Shown here in pieces: positions 29,308-38,447 of a stretch of DNA of 45,139 nucleotides. Source of the stretch: an uncultured Methanosarcinales archaeon. GTDB lineage: Archaea; Nanobdellota; Nanobdellia; Woesearchaeales; CAZPJY01. The position numbers were made by a program, and so were the translations under genes. Each line of letters starts with the position of its first letter. Within the stretch, counting starts at the first letter, position 1. The stretch is taken from the NCBI GenBank assembly GCA_964587045.1, contig CAZPJY010000015.1:1-45139 (forward strand), read 5' to 3'. Below the pieces are notes generated by a model, which did not search any database, was not told the DNA's origin, and worked only from the letters and a program-made list of their open reading frames with translations.

Positions 29308-31590
29308 ATGAAAAAGAAAACTCTCGAGGATTATATTCAGAACATAAAGAACGGGCAGGACCTGATCAACAGGGGGGTAGTGCCCAAGGATTCGACCAAG
29401 ATGATGGCCATCGTCACCATGGAGAGGCTGAAGGCCATCAGGGACAGGCTAAAGGCAGGTATCGACGAGCACACCCTCGGCACTTGGGTCAACGCGATAG
29501 AGTCCCACCCGTCGAATATAGGACCTGAGATAACCAATCCCAGTCTCATCAGGAACTATGCGAAAAGCGGCATGCGAATCGAAGCCACAAGGGATGTCGG
29601 AGGGGCCAAGATAACAGGCAAGAAGGGACGCATAATAAGCGTCAGTAGAGGAAGCCCACAGCCCTACCAAATAGAGTTCGACAATGCGATAAAGGGCAGG
29701 ACCGGCACCAATCTTGGAGGTAGCGCCAAGTCCGGCCACGGCTGGTCGCTCACCAAGAACGACTTCAAGCTCATACTGGACAAGCCACTTGTGGTCGAGA
29801 GCGGCTACACGCTGGCGGAGGCAGTCATTGCCGACGAGAGGCAAGGCGCCATGGTCAGGTTCTCCAAAGACTATGAGGGAGCGATGTGGGACCGAAACGG
29901 CGATCAGATATATGTCAGCAAAAGGAAAATCCCAAAGGGAACCCTCGGAAAGCTCCTCAACGAGCAGGCCGGCAACCTCCTGATCAAGCTCTCTGAGCCT
30001 GTAAAGGAGATCGGCAAGCAGGAGTACGTGCGGGTCAAGGTAAAAGACGTCTACGACACGCTGGAGGCATCCAACCTCGGTCCGCACCTCCCAAAAAATA
30101 GGGAGCTGGAGATATTCAAGGAGTCGCTGCAGCAATTCCTGCCGACAGCTGTCCTGGATTCAGACACGGCTGAGGAGATAATCGTCGCTCTCCTCGCGGG
30201 AAACAAAGACCTCGGCTTCTACGGACCTTGGGGCGGAGGCAAGTCCTTCACCGGCGAGAACATACTGGAAGTCGCCAAGGAGCAGGGGGTCCTCATCAAG
30301 GAGAAGGACTGCCAGATAAACTGCAACCCTTTCAGCATCTTCGACGAGAACTACGCGAAGCTCGTGCCTCCCTGCTCTGAGTGCATGGAGAAGTACGACA
30401 GGAACTACAAGGAGACCGGAGTGTTCCACCCGCCCAGGCCTGAGGACGTGGAGGTCCAGGTCGTCAAGCTCGACATAGGGTTCGGCATCCAGACTGCTGA
30501 AGGAACGACCAAGATGCACCGCGTCGACATGGTCGGAGTCAAGCTCCCAGATTTCAGCGGGCAGGTTAACAAGGACACAAGAAGCTTGGATGGTTTCAGG
30601 TACGGGTTCCTCCCAAAGAGCAACAACGGCTACTTCCTGATTGAGGAGGCTGACAAGCTGCGCGAGGACACGCACAAGAACCTGCTGCAGGCCCAGAACA
30701 ACCAGAGGGTCAAGCCTGACGAGACCGACTTCTACCTGCCCTCGAACCAGCTCATGATTCTCACCGCCAACGACATAGCTGCCTTCGGCCCGGCGGAAAA
30801 CGATAGGTTCGTCTTCATATACATAGGCTACCCGACAGACCCTGATGTTGCTTATGACATCACGAAGGTCAGCTACCACAAGGAGCCGAGACCCATGATG
30901 GAGCTGGACATCGAGGATCCCCACCTCAAGCAACCTAACGGCACGCGGACGGTCCAGATTCCGGTGATACTGGAAAAGGCCATAGAGGCCTTCTACATCA
31001 ACTTCGACAGCAGCTACAAGGGCGAGGGAAAGGAGGTCATATCCCGCTCGACGAGATCGAAGTTCGACGCCCACGACGCCGCAAGGTCGAAGTGGATGGT
31101 CCATAAGCAGTTCATCGATGAGACTCCTGCTTTCCCGGACGAGGAGTTCGTGATGGAAGGCATAAAGTACGCCATGTGGTGGAGGGTCCAGGACCAGGAC
31201 TGGGAGTCATGCCTCAAGGCCAAGGACGACCTTACCAAGTTCATCTTCAAGGAGTTCCCGAAATACGTCACCGAGGAGGCGAAGAAGTGGTGGTGCGACG
31301 TCAATGAGGACATCGCGACCAAGATACCCCGCTTCCCTGGGATCAAGGAGGCCTACACACAGGAGATCGCCCGTTACCACAGCAATCCTGAGTCAGCTAT
31401 CGACAGCTTCAAGGAGGTCAAACAGGCGTACCTGCACCCACATGACGCCAAGGCCAAGGAGGCCCTGATAAAGAATCCATTCATGGACCTCCTCTTCGAG
31501 AGCCAGCCCCATTTCCAAACTACATCGGTAGAACAGGTGCCGGGGCTCGTTGAGTACCTGATATCATTCCAGCCGAAGATGAACAAATGA
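29308..31590 (+). CDS. MoxR/Mg-chelatase ChlI-like AAA+ ATPase with N-terminal extension
   Basis: GPWGGGKS, CQINCNP...PPCSEC insert, G.L.KSNNG.F.IEEADKL, TAN, DRF. Confidence 0.85.
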   Translation: MKKKTLEDYIQNIKNGQDLINRGVVPKDSTKMMAIVTMERLKAIRDRLKAGIDEHTLGTWVNAIESHPSNIGPEITNPSLIRNYAKSGMRIEATRDVGGAKITGKKGRIISVSRGSPQPYQIEFDNAIKGRTGTNLGGSAKSGHGWSLTKNDFKLILDKPLVVESGYTLAEAVIADERQGAMVRFSKDYEGAMWDRNGDQIYVSKRKIPKGTLGKLLNEQAGNLLIKLSEPVKEIGKQEYVRVKVKDVYDTLEASNLGPHLPKNRELEIFKESLQQFLPTAVLDSDTAEEIIVALLAGNKDLGFYGPWGGGKSFTGENILEVAKEQGVLIKEKDCQINCNPFSIFDENYAKLVPPCSECMEKYDRNYKETGVFHPPRPEDVEVQVVKLDIGFGIQTAEGTTKMHRVDMVGVKLPDFSGQVNKDTRSLDGFRYGFLPKSNNGYFLIEEADKLREDTHKNLLQAQNNQRVKPDETDFYLPSNQLMILTANDIAAFGPAENDRFVFIYIGYPTDPDVAYDITKVSYHKEPRPMMELDIEDPHLKQPNGTRTVQIPVILEKAIEAFYINFDSSYKGEGKEVISRSTRSKFDAHDAARSKWMVHKQFIDETPAFPDEEFVMEGIKYAMWWRVQDQDWESCLKAKDDLTKFIFKEFPKYVTEEAKKWWCDVNEDIATKIPRFPGIKEAYTQEIARYHSNPESAIDSFKEVKQAYLHPHDAKAKEALIKNPFMDLLFESQPHFQTTSVEQVPGLVEYLISFQPKMNK

Positions 31591-32225
31591 TGAAGATCGA
31601 GGATTACCGGCGCGTCGACTGCAAGCTCTACCGCACTCCGCCCCTCGACTTCAGCGAAGTCACAAGGGCGGCCCGGGATGCGCTTCTGGAGGCGTGGAAG
31701 CATGAAATCTCAGCAGGCAGAGCCATCGAAGAGCTTTTAGAGGGCGATCTCGCCAAAGGTCTCGCTGAACAGATCAGGGAAAACATCGAGTTCCAGGCCA
31801 GAAACGAACAGGCACAGTTGGACACGTACTACGGAAAGCAGATCGAAGCGCTGCAGAACGGAAAGGAGAAGAAGATCGGCTCGATCGATGAGAAGTACAA
31901 GAGTCTGCTGGAAGAAAGGGAAAAAAAGATCAGCTCGGCCAAGGAGGCTGTCGAGAAGGTTGAGAGGGGCTACGACGCGAGCACCAGGAAGCTGGGCGAG
32001 CTGCAGGAAGAGCTGGCACGGAAAATCAAGGACATGGGCGGCATCGAGAAGTACAACCAGCTGCAGGAGATAAAGGACATGCTCCTCGACGACCAAAAGA
32101 AGCCGCCGAAGAAGAAGGTCAAAGAGACCATAGACACGCTGATCGTAGCAGACAAGAAGGTGCGCAAGAAGGCTGCCCGCAGCGTATGGCGCCGCATCTG
32201 GGACCACATAAGAGAGTACTGGTAA
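31587..32225 (+). CDS. Coiled-coil protein
   Basis: Translationally coupled; E/K-rich heptads; amphipathic basic C-terminus (RSVWRRIWDHIREYW). Confidence 0.75.
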   Translation: MMKIEDYRRVDCKLYRTPPLDFSEVTRAARDALLEAWKHEISAGRAIEELLEGDLAKGLAEQIRENIEFQARNEQAQLDTYYGKQIEALQNGKEKKIGSIDEKYKSLLEEREKKISSAKEAVEKVERGYDASTRKLGELQEELARKIKDMGGIEKYNQLQEIKDMLLDDQKKPPKKKVKETIDTLIVADKKVRKKAARSVWRRIWDHIREYW

Positions 32226-32227
32226 GA

Positions 32228-33580
32228 ATGGCAGACATCCTAACAAAAAGCCTGGAAGATTTCGTCAACCTGTTCGCCAGGAAGTACAAGAGGAGCAAGC
32301 TCTTCCAGAACAAGGTGCTCAATTACCTGGACATCGGTAAGATCCAAAGGCTCGACTTGGGCGTCTCGAAGAGGTTCCTGAAGGGGAGGTACCAGAAGAA
32401 GACTGATGAGATAATCAGGAACTACGCCACTCTCGTTTACAAAGACCTCAAATCCGACGACGTAATCGAGGAAAAGGCCGAAGAGCTGCAGGAGACCGCA
32501 GACACAAAGGAGGAGCACGAAAAAAAAATCGCAGAGACCAAGGAGGCCATCGAGAAGACCTCGAAGGATCTTGAGGAGTCAAAGGTCACATATGAACAGG
32601 AGAAGCTGCAGACGGAGCAGGGCTTCACCGAACGGATACAAAAATCCGAAAGTCAGAGGCTCGAGAAGAGGCAAGAGATCGCACAAAAAAACGACGTCGA
32701 GGAGATTGTCAAGAAGACATTCAAAGACCACCTGCAGTCGACAGGGCTTGTTAGTTTGAATGAGGCGGGCGAGCTTGCCTTCGACGAGCGCCAGATGATG
32801 GACGCGCTCGAGGACAGCTTCCTCGAGGAGATACTCAACGGAATAAACTCGAAGCAGAGTGGTTTTATGAGGAAACTGAAGCGTCGTTACGACGGCCTGA
32901 TCAACCACTTCGACGAGATAGAGGACCCCAACCAGATGGCTGAGGCCAACTGGACTCTTTCGTATATCAATTCAGTCTCCAGGGGGTACAGGTATCCGAC
33001 CTACCCGTTCATAGTTGTGCCGAAACGAAGCAGGCTTGATAAATGCTACCTGGACACCGCGCTTGCCATCGATTCAAGCGGCAGCATGTGGGATAACCAT
33101 CGCTGGGATGCTGCTGTGAAGGTCACCCTTGCCATGCATTCGCTTATGAGGAAGCTCAACCCCAATAACAAGACTTACCTAGCCCACTACTGTTACAGGC
33201 TTCAAGCCCTGGATACGATAACGTTTTACAAGACCATAAAGCCCGGCGGAGGAACCAGGACCAACGAGGCGCTCGAGTGGCTGCTCGAAACCCTCGACCC
33301 TCACGTCCCTTCACTAGCTATCCTCACAACAGACGGCTCTCCTGACGACGTGGACTTGGCAATAAAGGCAGCTAAAAGATTCAAGGAGAGGCCGCTGACA
33401 CTCCTAAGCATGTTCCTAATCGACGGCAACGCGAGGACTGAGAACATCACAAGGAAGCTCGGGAAGGCTGCCGGCCCGGACACGACGGTCATCCCGGTCA
33501 AGAACTACGAGTTGGCTGCAGGAGTAATACTTAACGTTCCCTCCATGCTCAAGAAGATGTATAACATCACAAATTTTTGA
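32228..33580 (+). CDS. Coiled-coil + VWA domain protein
   Basis: MIDAS motifs AIDSSGSM, GGGT.T..AL, ILTTDGSP. Confidence 0.88.
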   Translation: MADILTKSLEDFVNLFARKYKRSKLFQNKVLNYLDIGKIQRLDLGVSKRFLKGRYQKKTDEIIRNYATLVYKDLKSDDVIEEKAEELQETADTKEEHEKKIAETKEAIEKTSKDLEESKVTYEQEKLQTEQGFTERIQKSESQRLEKRQEIAQKNDVEEIVKKTFKDHLQSTGLVSLNEAGELAFDERQMMDALEDSFLEEILNGINSKQSGFMRKLKRRYDGLINHFDEIEDPNQMAEANWTLSYINSVSRGYRYPTYPFIVVPKRSRLDKCYLDTALAIDSSGSMWDNHRWDAAVKVTLAMHSLMRKLNPNNKTYLAHYCYRLQALDTITFYKTIKPGGGTRTNEALEWLLETLDPHVPSLAILTTDGSPDDVDLAIKAAKRFKERPLTLLSMFLIDGNARTENITRKLGKAAGPDTTVIPVKNYELAAGVILNVPSMLKKMYNITNF

Positions 33581-33582
33581 AA

Positions 33583-34236
33583 ATGAGAATAAAAACACTT
33601 TTAGGAATCGCGCTTGCCGGCCTGCTGGCCGCGTCCCCATTGAAGGCCCAAGACAGCCTGGAAGGCTCGCTGGATAACGCATCCACATACTTCTGGCGGG
33701 GAAAGGAGCTGCTGAAAGGATGGATGGGGCAGCCTTCTGTCACCCTCAACAGGGAGAGCCTGTCGACTGGCCTGTGGGCCAACTACGACTACAAGACAGG
33801 CAAAATAACTGAGATCGACTACAGCCTGGGGACTGAAAGGGAGCTGAGAGACATGGCAGTCGCCGGAGGCTTCACCCTGTACGGCTACCCTGACGACACT
33901 CCCAGCACCTTGGAGGTTAATGCCGGGCTTACTGCTGCATTGCTGCTGAGCCCGTCAATTCGCCTGTATCATGACTTCATGCTCGGGTCTTACGCAGAGC
34001 TATCTGCCAAGCACAGCTTCGGTCTGCTTAGGCTCGAAGTCACTCCTTCAGCCCTGGTAGGATACAACCACTACTACGACTGCGATATCAGCGGATTCTC
34101 GCACTGCGAGCTTTCCCTTAGCTGGGACGTGCCGTTCTTCTTCGGGACGAGCGTCAGCCACAGGCTAGCCCACTCCTTCCCAATCAGTGAAGGCTTCGAC
34201 AGGAAGACATACGTAACAGTCGGGCTAAATCTTTAG
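33583..34236 (+). CDS. Secreted beta-barrel-like protein (TorF/Gcw_chp TIGR02001-like)
   Basis: Signal peptide ending LKA; STYFWRG, QPSV, GLWAN, EIDYSLG; alternating beta strands. Confidence 0.7.
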   Translation: MRIKTLLGIALAGLLAASPLKAQDSLEGSLDNASTYFWRGKELLKGWMGQPSVTLNRESLSTGLWANYDYKTGKITEIDYSLGTERELRDMAVAGGFTLYGYPDDTPSTLEVNAGLTAALLLSPSIRLYHDFMLGSYAELSAKHSFGLLRLEVTPSALVGYNHYYDCDISGFSHCELSLSWDVPFFFGTSVSHRLAHSFPISEGFDRKTYVTVGLNL

Positions 34237-34440
34237 CCTGTTGATCTCATAAAACCCTAAAATCTTTACTCTTGGATGGAAGTGTTTTTCCTTGATCTTG
34301 TCCAAGTAGTCGTCGATGTGCTTCCTGGCCCGCTTCTCCGTGGTGCTCTTGAAGGTATGGGTGTGGTGCTCGCCGAAGGGCTCGTAGTTCAAGTAGTACC
34401 CGTTAATTATGTAATCCAACAGGTATTCCATGAAGGACAT
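34225..34440 (-). CDS. Small hypothetical protein
   Basis: 71 aa ORF filling an intergenic gap. Confidence 0.5.
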   Translation of the reverse strand: MSFMEYLLDYIINGYYLNYEPFGEHHTHTFKSTTEKRARKHIDDYLDKIKEKHFHPRVKILGFYEINRLKI

Positions 34441-34484
34441 AAAGAGATGTAGGAAAGATAAGTATTCCTGCGCCGATTTTTACC

Positions 34485-34757
34485 TCAGCGTAGCCGTACC
34501 ATCCAGTCCAACGCGTAAGGCAGGTCGATGGAATAAGGGCATGAAACGCCCTTATAGCCCGAAGCGTCACACCTCCCTCCGTGGGAGCCGCCGTTGTGCG
34601 GGCATCCTTCGACGTGGAGACTGATGCTTTGGTAGTTGTCAGGGCACTGGCTTACTAATACCATTACGTCGACAGCATCCTCGAGAATCTCTTCCATCGA
34701 AGGGCTTCTGCCCTTGCACTTGATGGGGAACCTGGCTTCTATGTATTCCTGTCCCAT
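34485..34757 (-). CDS. Small Cys-rich hypothetical protein
   Basis: CPHN.G..G.RC.AS....CPYS.DLPY; TATA-like element upstream. Confidence 0.6.
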   Translation of the reverse strand: MGQEYIEARFPIKCKGRSPSMEEILEDAVDVMVLVSQCPDNYQSISLHVEGCPHNGGSHGGRCDASGYKGVSCPYSIDLPYALDWMVRLR

Positions 34758-34829
34758 ATCAGGTGCAAGAAGCCCGTATATATAATTGTTACCATTAGAT
34801 TATTATACTTGTCCTGCGCAGATTGGTCT

Positions 34830-35060
34830 ATGGGGATAATCCAGGTCAAGAAGGTGGGCTACTTCACAGTCACCATAGAGACTGAAGACGGGACGCTCCG
34901 CAAGGTCTACAAGGGCCGCTTCCTCCGCTGGTTAAAGAAGATCAAGCTTTATGCAAACGAGATTGACATCTACAGGCTCATGAGGAGGGAGATAAAGCAG
35001 GAGAAGAGGGAGCAAAAGAAGGCTGAGAAGATACAGGAAGAACCTGCCCAGAAGCCCTGA
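34830..35060 (+). CDS. Small hypothetical protein
   Basis: ATG 34830 downstream of a TATATA element. Confidence 0.55.
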   Translation: MGIIQVKKVGYFTVTIETEDGTLRKVYKGRFLRWLKKIKLYANEIDIYRLMRREIKQEKREQKKAEKIQEEPAQKP

Positions 35061-35096
35061 GAATGCTGAATTCTGCCGTTTTAGACCGTGAAAAAT

Positions 35097-35111
35097 AGAA
35101 AGATTTATATA
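35097..35111 (+). promoter_or_regulatory. Archaeal BRE/TATA promoter of the kinase pair
   Basis: AGAAAGATTTATATA about 60 nt upstream of ATG 35173. Confidence 0.6.
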
Positions 35112-35172
35112 CCATTATGTATTGTCACTATTTAGTGATTAATAGGTGGTATAGATTCCTGACTCTGAAGAC

Positions 35173-36918
35173 ATGAAAAGCCTACCCGTAAGGTCAGAGG
35201 ACATAGATCCGACCAGAATCGTTGATACCTCCAGGTACGACCTATTCAGCCTGGTAGGGGAAGGCAGCTGGGGGATAGTGTGGAAGGCATGGGACAAGCG
35301 CCAGCACCAGGATGTCGCGATAAAGATCATCTCTCCCACGGATGAGGCCGCGGCCCAGATGGCCCTCCGCAACCTGACCTACGCAAAAGCGGTGCAGAAG
35401 GAGACAGGCAAGCTCGCCGCGTGCTCGCACGTAGTCCCCAGAAGGGAAGAGACCTCGCCCGAGGGCGTCCCCTACCTGGTAATGCCATTCTACTCCAGCA
35501 ACTTCGCACAGCATATTGAAACAGAGAGGAAGCAAAACGAAAAAGTGACATACTATGACAAAACCAAGACTGGACTTCTGCTCAAGGACATAATAGACTG
35601 GTTCAGCGACATCGCCGCAGGCATATCAGAGATACACTCAGAATACCACAGGGCGCACGGGGACATCAAGGAGGACAACATCCTCGTGGACAATAAAGGC
35701 AAGTTGCTGCTGGGAGACCTGGGTACCTCAACCTGCGCGACCGTAGGCCGCTCGGTGTCCCCAAGGCACCACATGGGACACGTTCTGACCAGGGACCCGA
35801 GGATGTTTGCAGACGGAGCCCATCCGGATTTCAAGTCTGACTACTTCGCATTCGCAAGCCTCATGTACAAGATGTTTTCCGGCAAGCACCTGCTCGAGGA
35901 AGAGATAGGGGCGGCTGGTCCCAGGGGCATAGACGGCCTGATGCATTCTTTTACTGATGAGGAAGGGGACCTAAACTCTAAATTCCACTCTCTCCTCGAG
36001 GAACGGGTAGGCAAATCTGAGATGCCCGACGAGTTCAAGGACCTGATAATGATGATGTACGGCAGCAAAAGTACTGAGACGCTCGAGCTTTCCCTCTTCG
36101 AAAAATTCGACCTGGACAAGTGCTACAGGAGAGCTGTCAGCGCATACCAAGACAGGATGTCCAGGACCGCGGGCAAAAGGGAGCTGATTAGCAAGATGAA
36201 GAGGTGGGGGCGCAATATCGCATTGGCTACATTCATCGGGGCAAGCATTATTGCAGGATGCCAGTGGATGAATTACCTTTCGCCTCCTGACACCTTCGGC
36301 CGCGAGGAGATAGAGTACCGCCTCACCAAGAGAATGGCAGCCGATGCGGACATCATCCTAGAGACCGAGAAGGTGTACGAGCCTTACATGAAAGCAGAAT
36401 TCGTAGGACCTGTCCCGTTCAAGGATCTGCTGGACTACCACCTCAAGAAGATGGTCCCGCACTCAGTGGTGGATGAGATGATCAAAGTGTGGCTTGAGAC
36501 GTGCAACGAGACTGGCATCGACGCGCTTCCTCGCAACATGAGGCAAAGGGAGATGGCCATGCCGCCGCAGCTCATGGGAGTACCTGAAACCGAATACAAA
36601 GCTGAATACCAGACGCTTAGTGACAGGCTCAAGGATATGCTGCCTGTGTTCCTTGGAGCCTGCCAAAAGGATCCCTTCTCGAAAGTTATCGACCTGGAGG
36701 ACGCTATCGTGCTCTGCCTCGAAGGGCCCCAGAAACTGAGGTACCTGAAGAGCTCGTCTGAGAGCACTGATTTCGGCGCATACAAGGACGCGCGGGATTC
36801 TCACGGCAATCAGATGCTGTATTTTACGTACGCACCGTTCATACAGCAGTTCATTTACAACATCCAGCAAAACGAGATGCTAGGCAAGCTGGTCCGCGTA
36901 AAGGGGGCGGAAGGATGA
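35173..36918 (+). CDS. Hanks-type Ser/Thr protein kinase with TM helix and C-terminal domain
   Basis: GEGSWGIV, VAIK, HGDIKEDN, DLG; TM IALATFIGASIIAGC. Confidence 0.9.
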   Translation: MKSLPVRSEDIDPTRIVDTSRYDLFSLVGEGSWGIVWKAWDKRQHQDVAIKIISPTDEAAAQMALRNLTYAKAVQKETGKLAACSHVVPRREETSPEGVPYLVMPFYSSNFAQHIETERKQNEKVTYYDKTKTGLLLKDIIDWFSDIAAGISEIHSEYHRAHGDIKEDNILVDNKGKLLLGDLGTSTCATVGRSVSPRHHMGHVLTRDPRMFADGAHPDFKSDYFAFASLMYKMFSGKHLLEEEIGAAGPRGIDGLMHSFTDEEGDLNSKFHSLLEERVGKSEMPDEFKDLIMMMYGSKSTETLELSLFEKFDLDKCYRRAVSAYQDRMSRTAGKRELISKMKRWGRNIALATFIGASIIAGCQWMNYLSPPDTFGREEIEYRLTKRMAADADIILETEKVYEPYMKAEFVGPVPFKDLLDYHLKKMVPHSVVDEMIKVWLETCNETGIDALPRNMRQREMAMPPQLMGVPETEYKAEYQTLSDRLKDMLPVFLGACQKDPFSKVIDLEDAIVLCLEGPQKLRYLKSSSESTDFGAYKDARDSHGNQMLYFTYAPFIQQFIYNIQQNEMLGKLVRVKGAEG

Positions 36919-38447
36919 GCATCAAGATAAAGCTTCCAATCAGCGCGTATGATATCCAGAAAGCCTTGGGCAAGGAGACATGGAAAGGCGTCGTCCTAGG
37001 CAGGAAAAAGACCGACGGCTCATCATGGGCCCTGAAGTTCTACGAGCCCAGCGAGACAGCGAGGAAACAGGCAGAGGAGCGCAGCCTCACCCTCGAGGAG
37101 TTCTGGCGAAAGGAGGTGCTGGGGGGACTCAACCGCGGCTACACCAACCTTGCCTTCAACACCTTGGAGAGGGCTGACAACGGCACGGTGTTCCTAGCTG
37201 AGGAATACATCGACCGTTTCCTTTCCGACTATCTGGAAGTCCAGCCGTCCCTAACCCGGGATGAGGTGCTTTCGGTTGCCAAAGGGCTCGCTCAAGGACT
37301 GGCTGACATGCACAGGCACGGCTTCACCCACGGGGACCTGAAGCCTGAGAACATAGGCTACACACTTGACGAAATAGTGAAGATTTCTGATTACGGCACG
37401 TCCAGCGTGTTCTCCAAGGAGCAGAAGAACAGGCGCGACAACATGGGACACCTCCAGACACGCGCCCCTGAGAACTTCAGAGAAGGCAGCAAGCCGACAC
37501 CCAGTAGCGATGTGTGGTCGTTCGGCGCCATGATATACCGGCTCATCACAGGGGAGTATCCCTTCGAAGAAGAGCTGAAGAATAATCCTGACTACTTCAA
37601 AGGCATCAACGAAGGGAGTCTGCAAAAAAACACCATCTCCTCCAGATTGAAGCAACTGCAGCAGAAAGGAACAAGCCAAGAGCTGCAATGCCTAATCGAG
37701 GACTGCCTGCAGCCCGACCCCAGAGCCCGTCCAAGCGACGGAAGCGAAGTGGTCAAGAGGCTAACACAATTGATGCCAAAGGAGCCGTTCATGGTTACGT
37801 TAGGCAAGTCCTTCAAGAGACATCTGGGCTGGCTTGTGCCTGTCGCAGCGCTTTCGCTCTCTTGGTACGCAGCTGCGACGCACGAGCCGAGCAAGCTAGC
37901 CTGGCCCGAAGCGGAGCAGGTGGGGCCAATGGAAATGTCTTCAGAAAAAGAATATCAGGTGAAGCGGGAAAACCTAGGGCAGGAACCGATAACCTGCTTC
38001 ATAGGTTTTGACCAGCTCTCGGTCAAGTGCGCGACCAACGACAAGCGCGTCGCCTACTTACTTCAGACCCATGACCAGGCCTGGCACTACCTCGGGGTAC
38101 TGAGATCCCCGGAGAGGAAAAACAACGCTCAGATAAGCATGTGGTGCACTTACACCCCTCAAGGAGAAAGGTTTCCTGGAGATGGAGGGAACGATTACAG
38201 GGTCATCGCAAAGGCGATCGAGGTCGGCCTATCAGAGGGCATGTCGGAGGACGGAGCGCTGGATCTTGAGGACGCCTTGACCATCTCACGGGTCGGTGTC
38301 AAAACGCTCAGGCAGGCGCAGAAGGCCGCAAACAGCTTTGAATTTATGGATTACATCGCAGCCAGGAACAGCAGCGGAGAATACATCATCCCAGAAAAGG
38401 AGCAGCGGTTCATCAAGACCTGGCTTCGGCTGACCTTCATTGACTAG
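36915..38447 (+). CDS. Second Hanks-type Ser/Thr protein kinase with TM helix and C-terminal domain
   Basis: WALK, HGDLKPEN, DYG, RAPE, SDVWSFG; TM LGWLVPVAALSLSWYAAA. Confidence 0.9.
   Translation: MSIKIKLPISAYDIQKALGKETWKGVVLGRKKTDGSSWALKFYEPSETARKQAEERSLTLEEFWRKEVLGGLNRGYTNLAFNTLERADNGTVFLAEEYIDRFLSDYLEVQPSLTRDEVLSVAKGLAQGLADMHRHGFTHGDLKPENIGYTLDEIVKISDYGTSSVFSKEQKNRRDNMGHLQTRAPENFREGSKPTPSSDVWSFGAMIYRLITGEYPFEEELKNNPDYFKGINEGSLQKNTISSRLKQLQQKGTSQELQCLIEDCLQPDPRARPSDGSEVVKRLTQLMPKEPFMVTLGKSFKRHLGWLVPVAALSLSWYAAATHEPSKLAWPEAEQVGPMEMSSEKEYQVKRENLGQEPITCFIGFDQLSVKCATNDKRVAYLLQTHDQAWHYLGVLRSPERKNNAQISMWCTYTPQGERFPGDGGNDYRVIAKAIEVGLSEGMSEDGALDLEDALTISRVGVKTLRQAQKAANSFEFMDYIAARNSSGEYIIPEKEQRFIKTWLRLTFID

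Noticed and set aside
30160..31104. 314-aa - strand ORF and similar antisense ORFs across 23.7-33 kb
   Set aside because: They lie opposite well-supported operon genes and have no recognisable features.
29308..33580. Genuine magnesium/cobalt chelatase
   Set aside because: No ChlH/CobN or tetrapyrrole genes in the window; architecture fits a generic MoxR-like ATPase/VWA pair.
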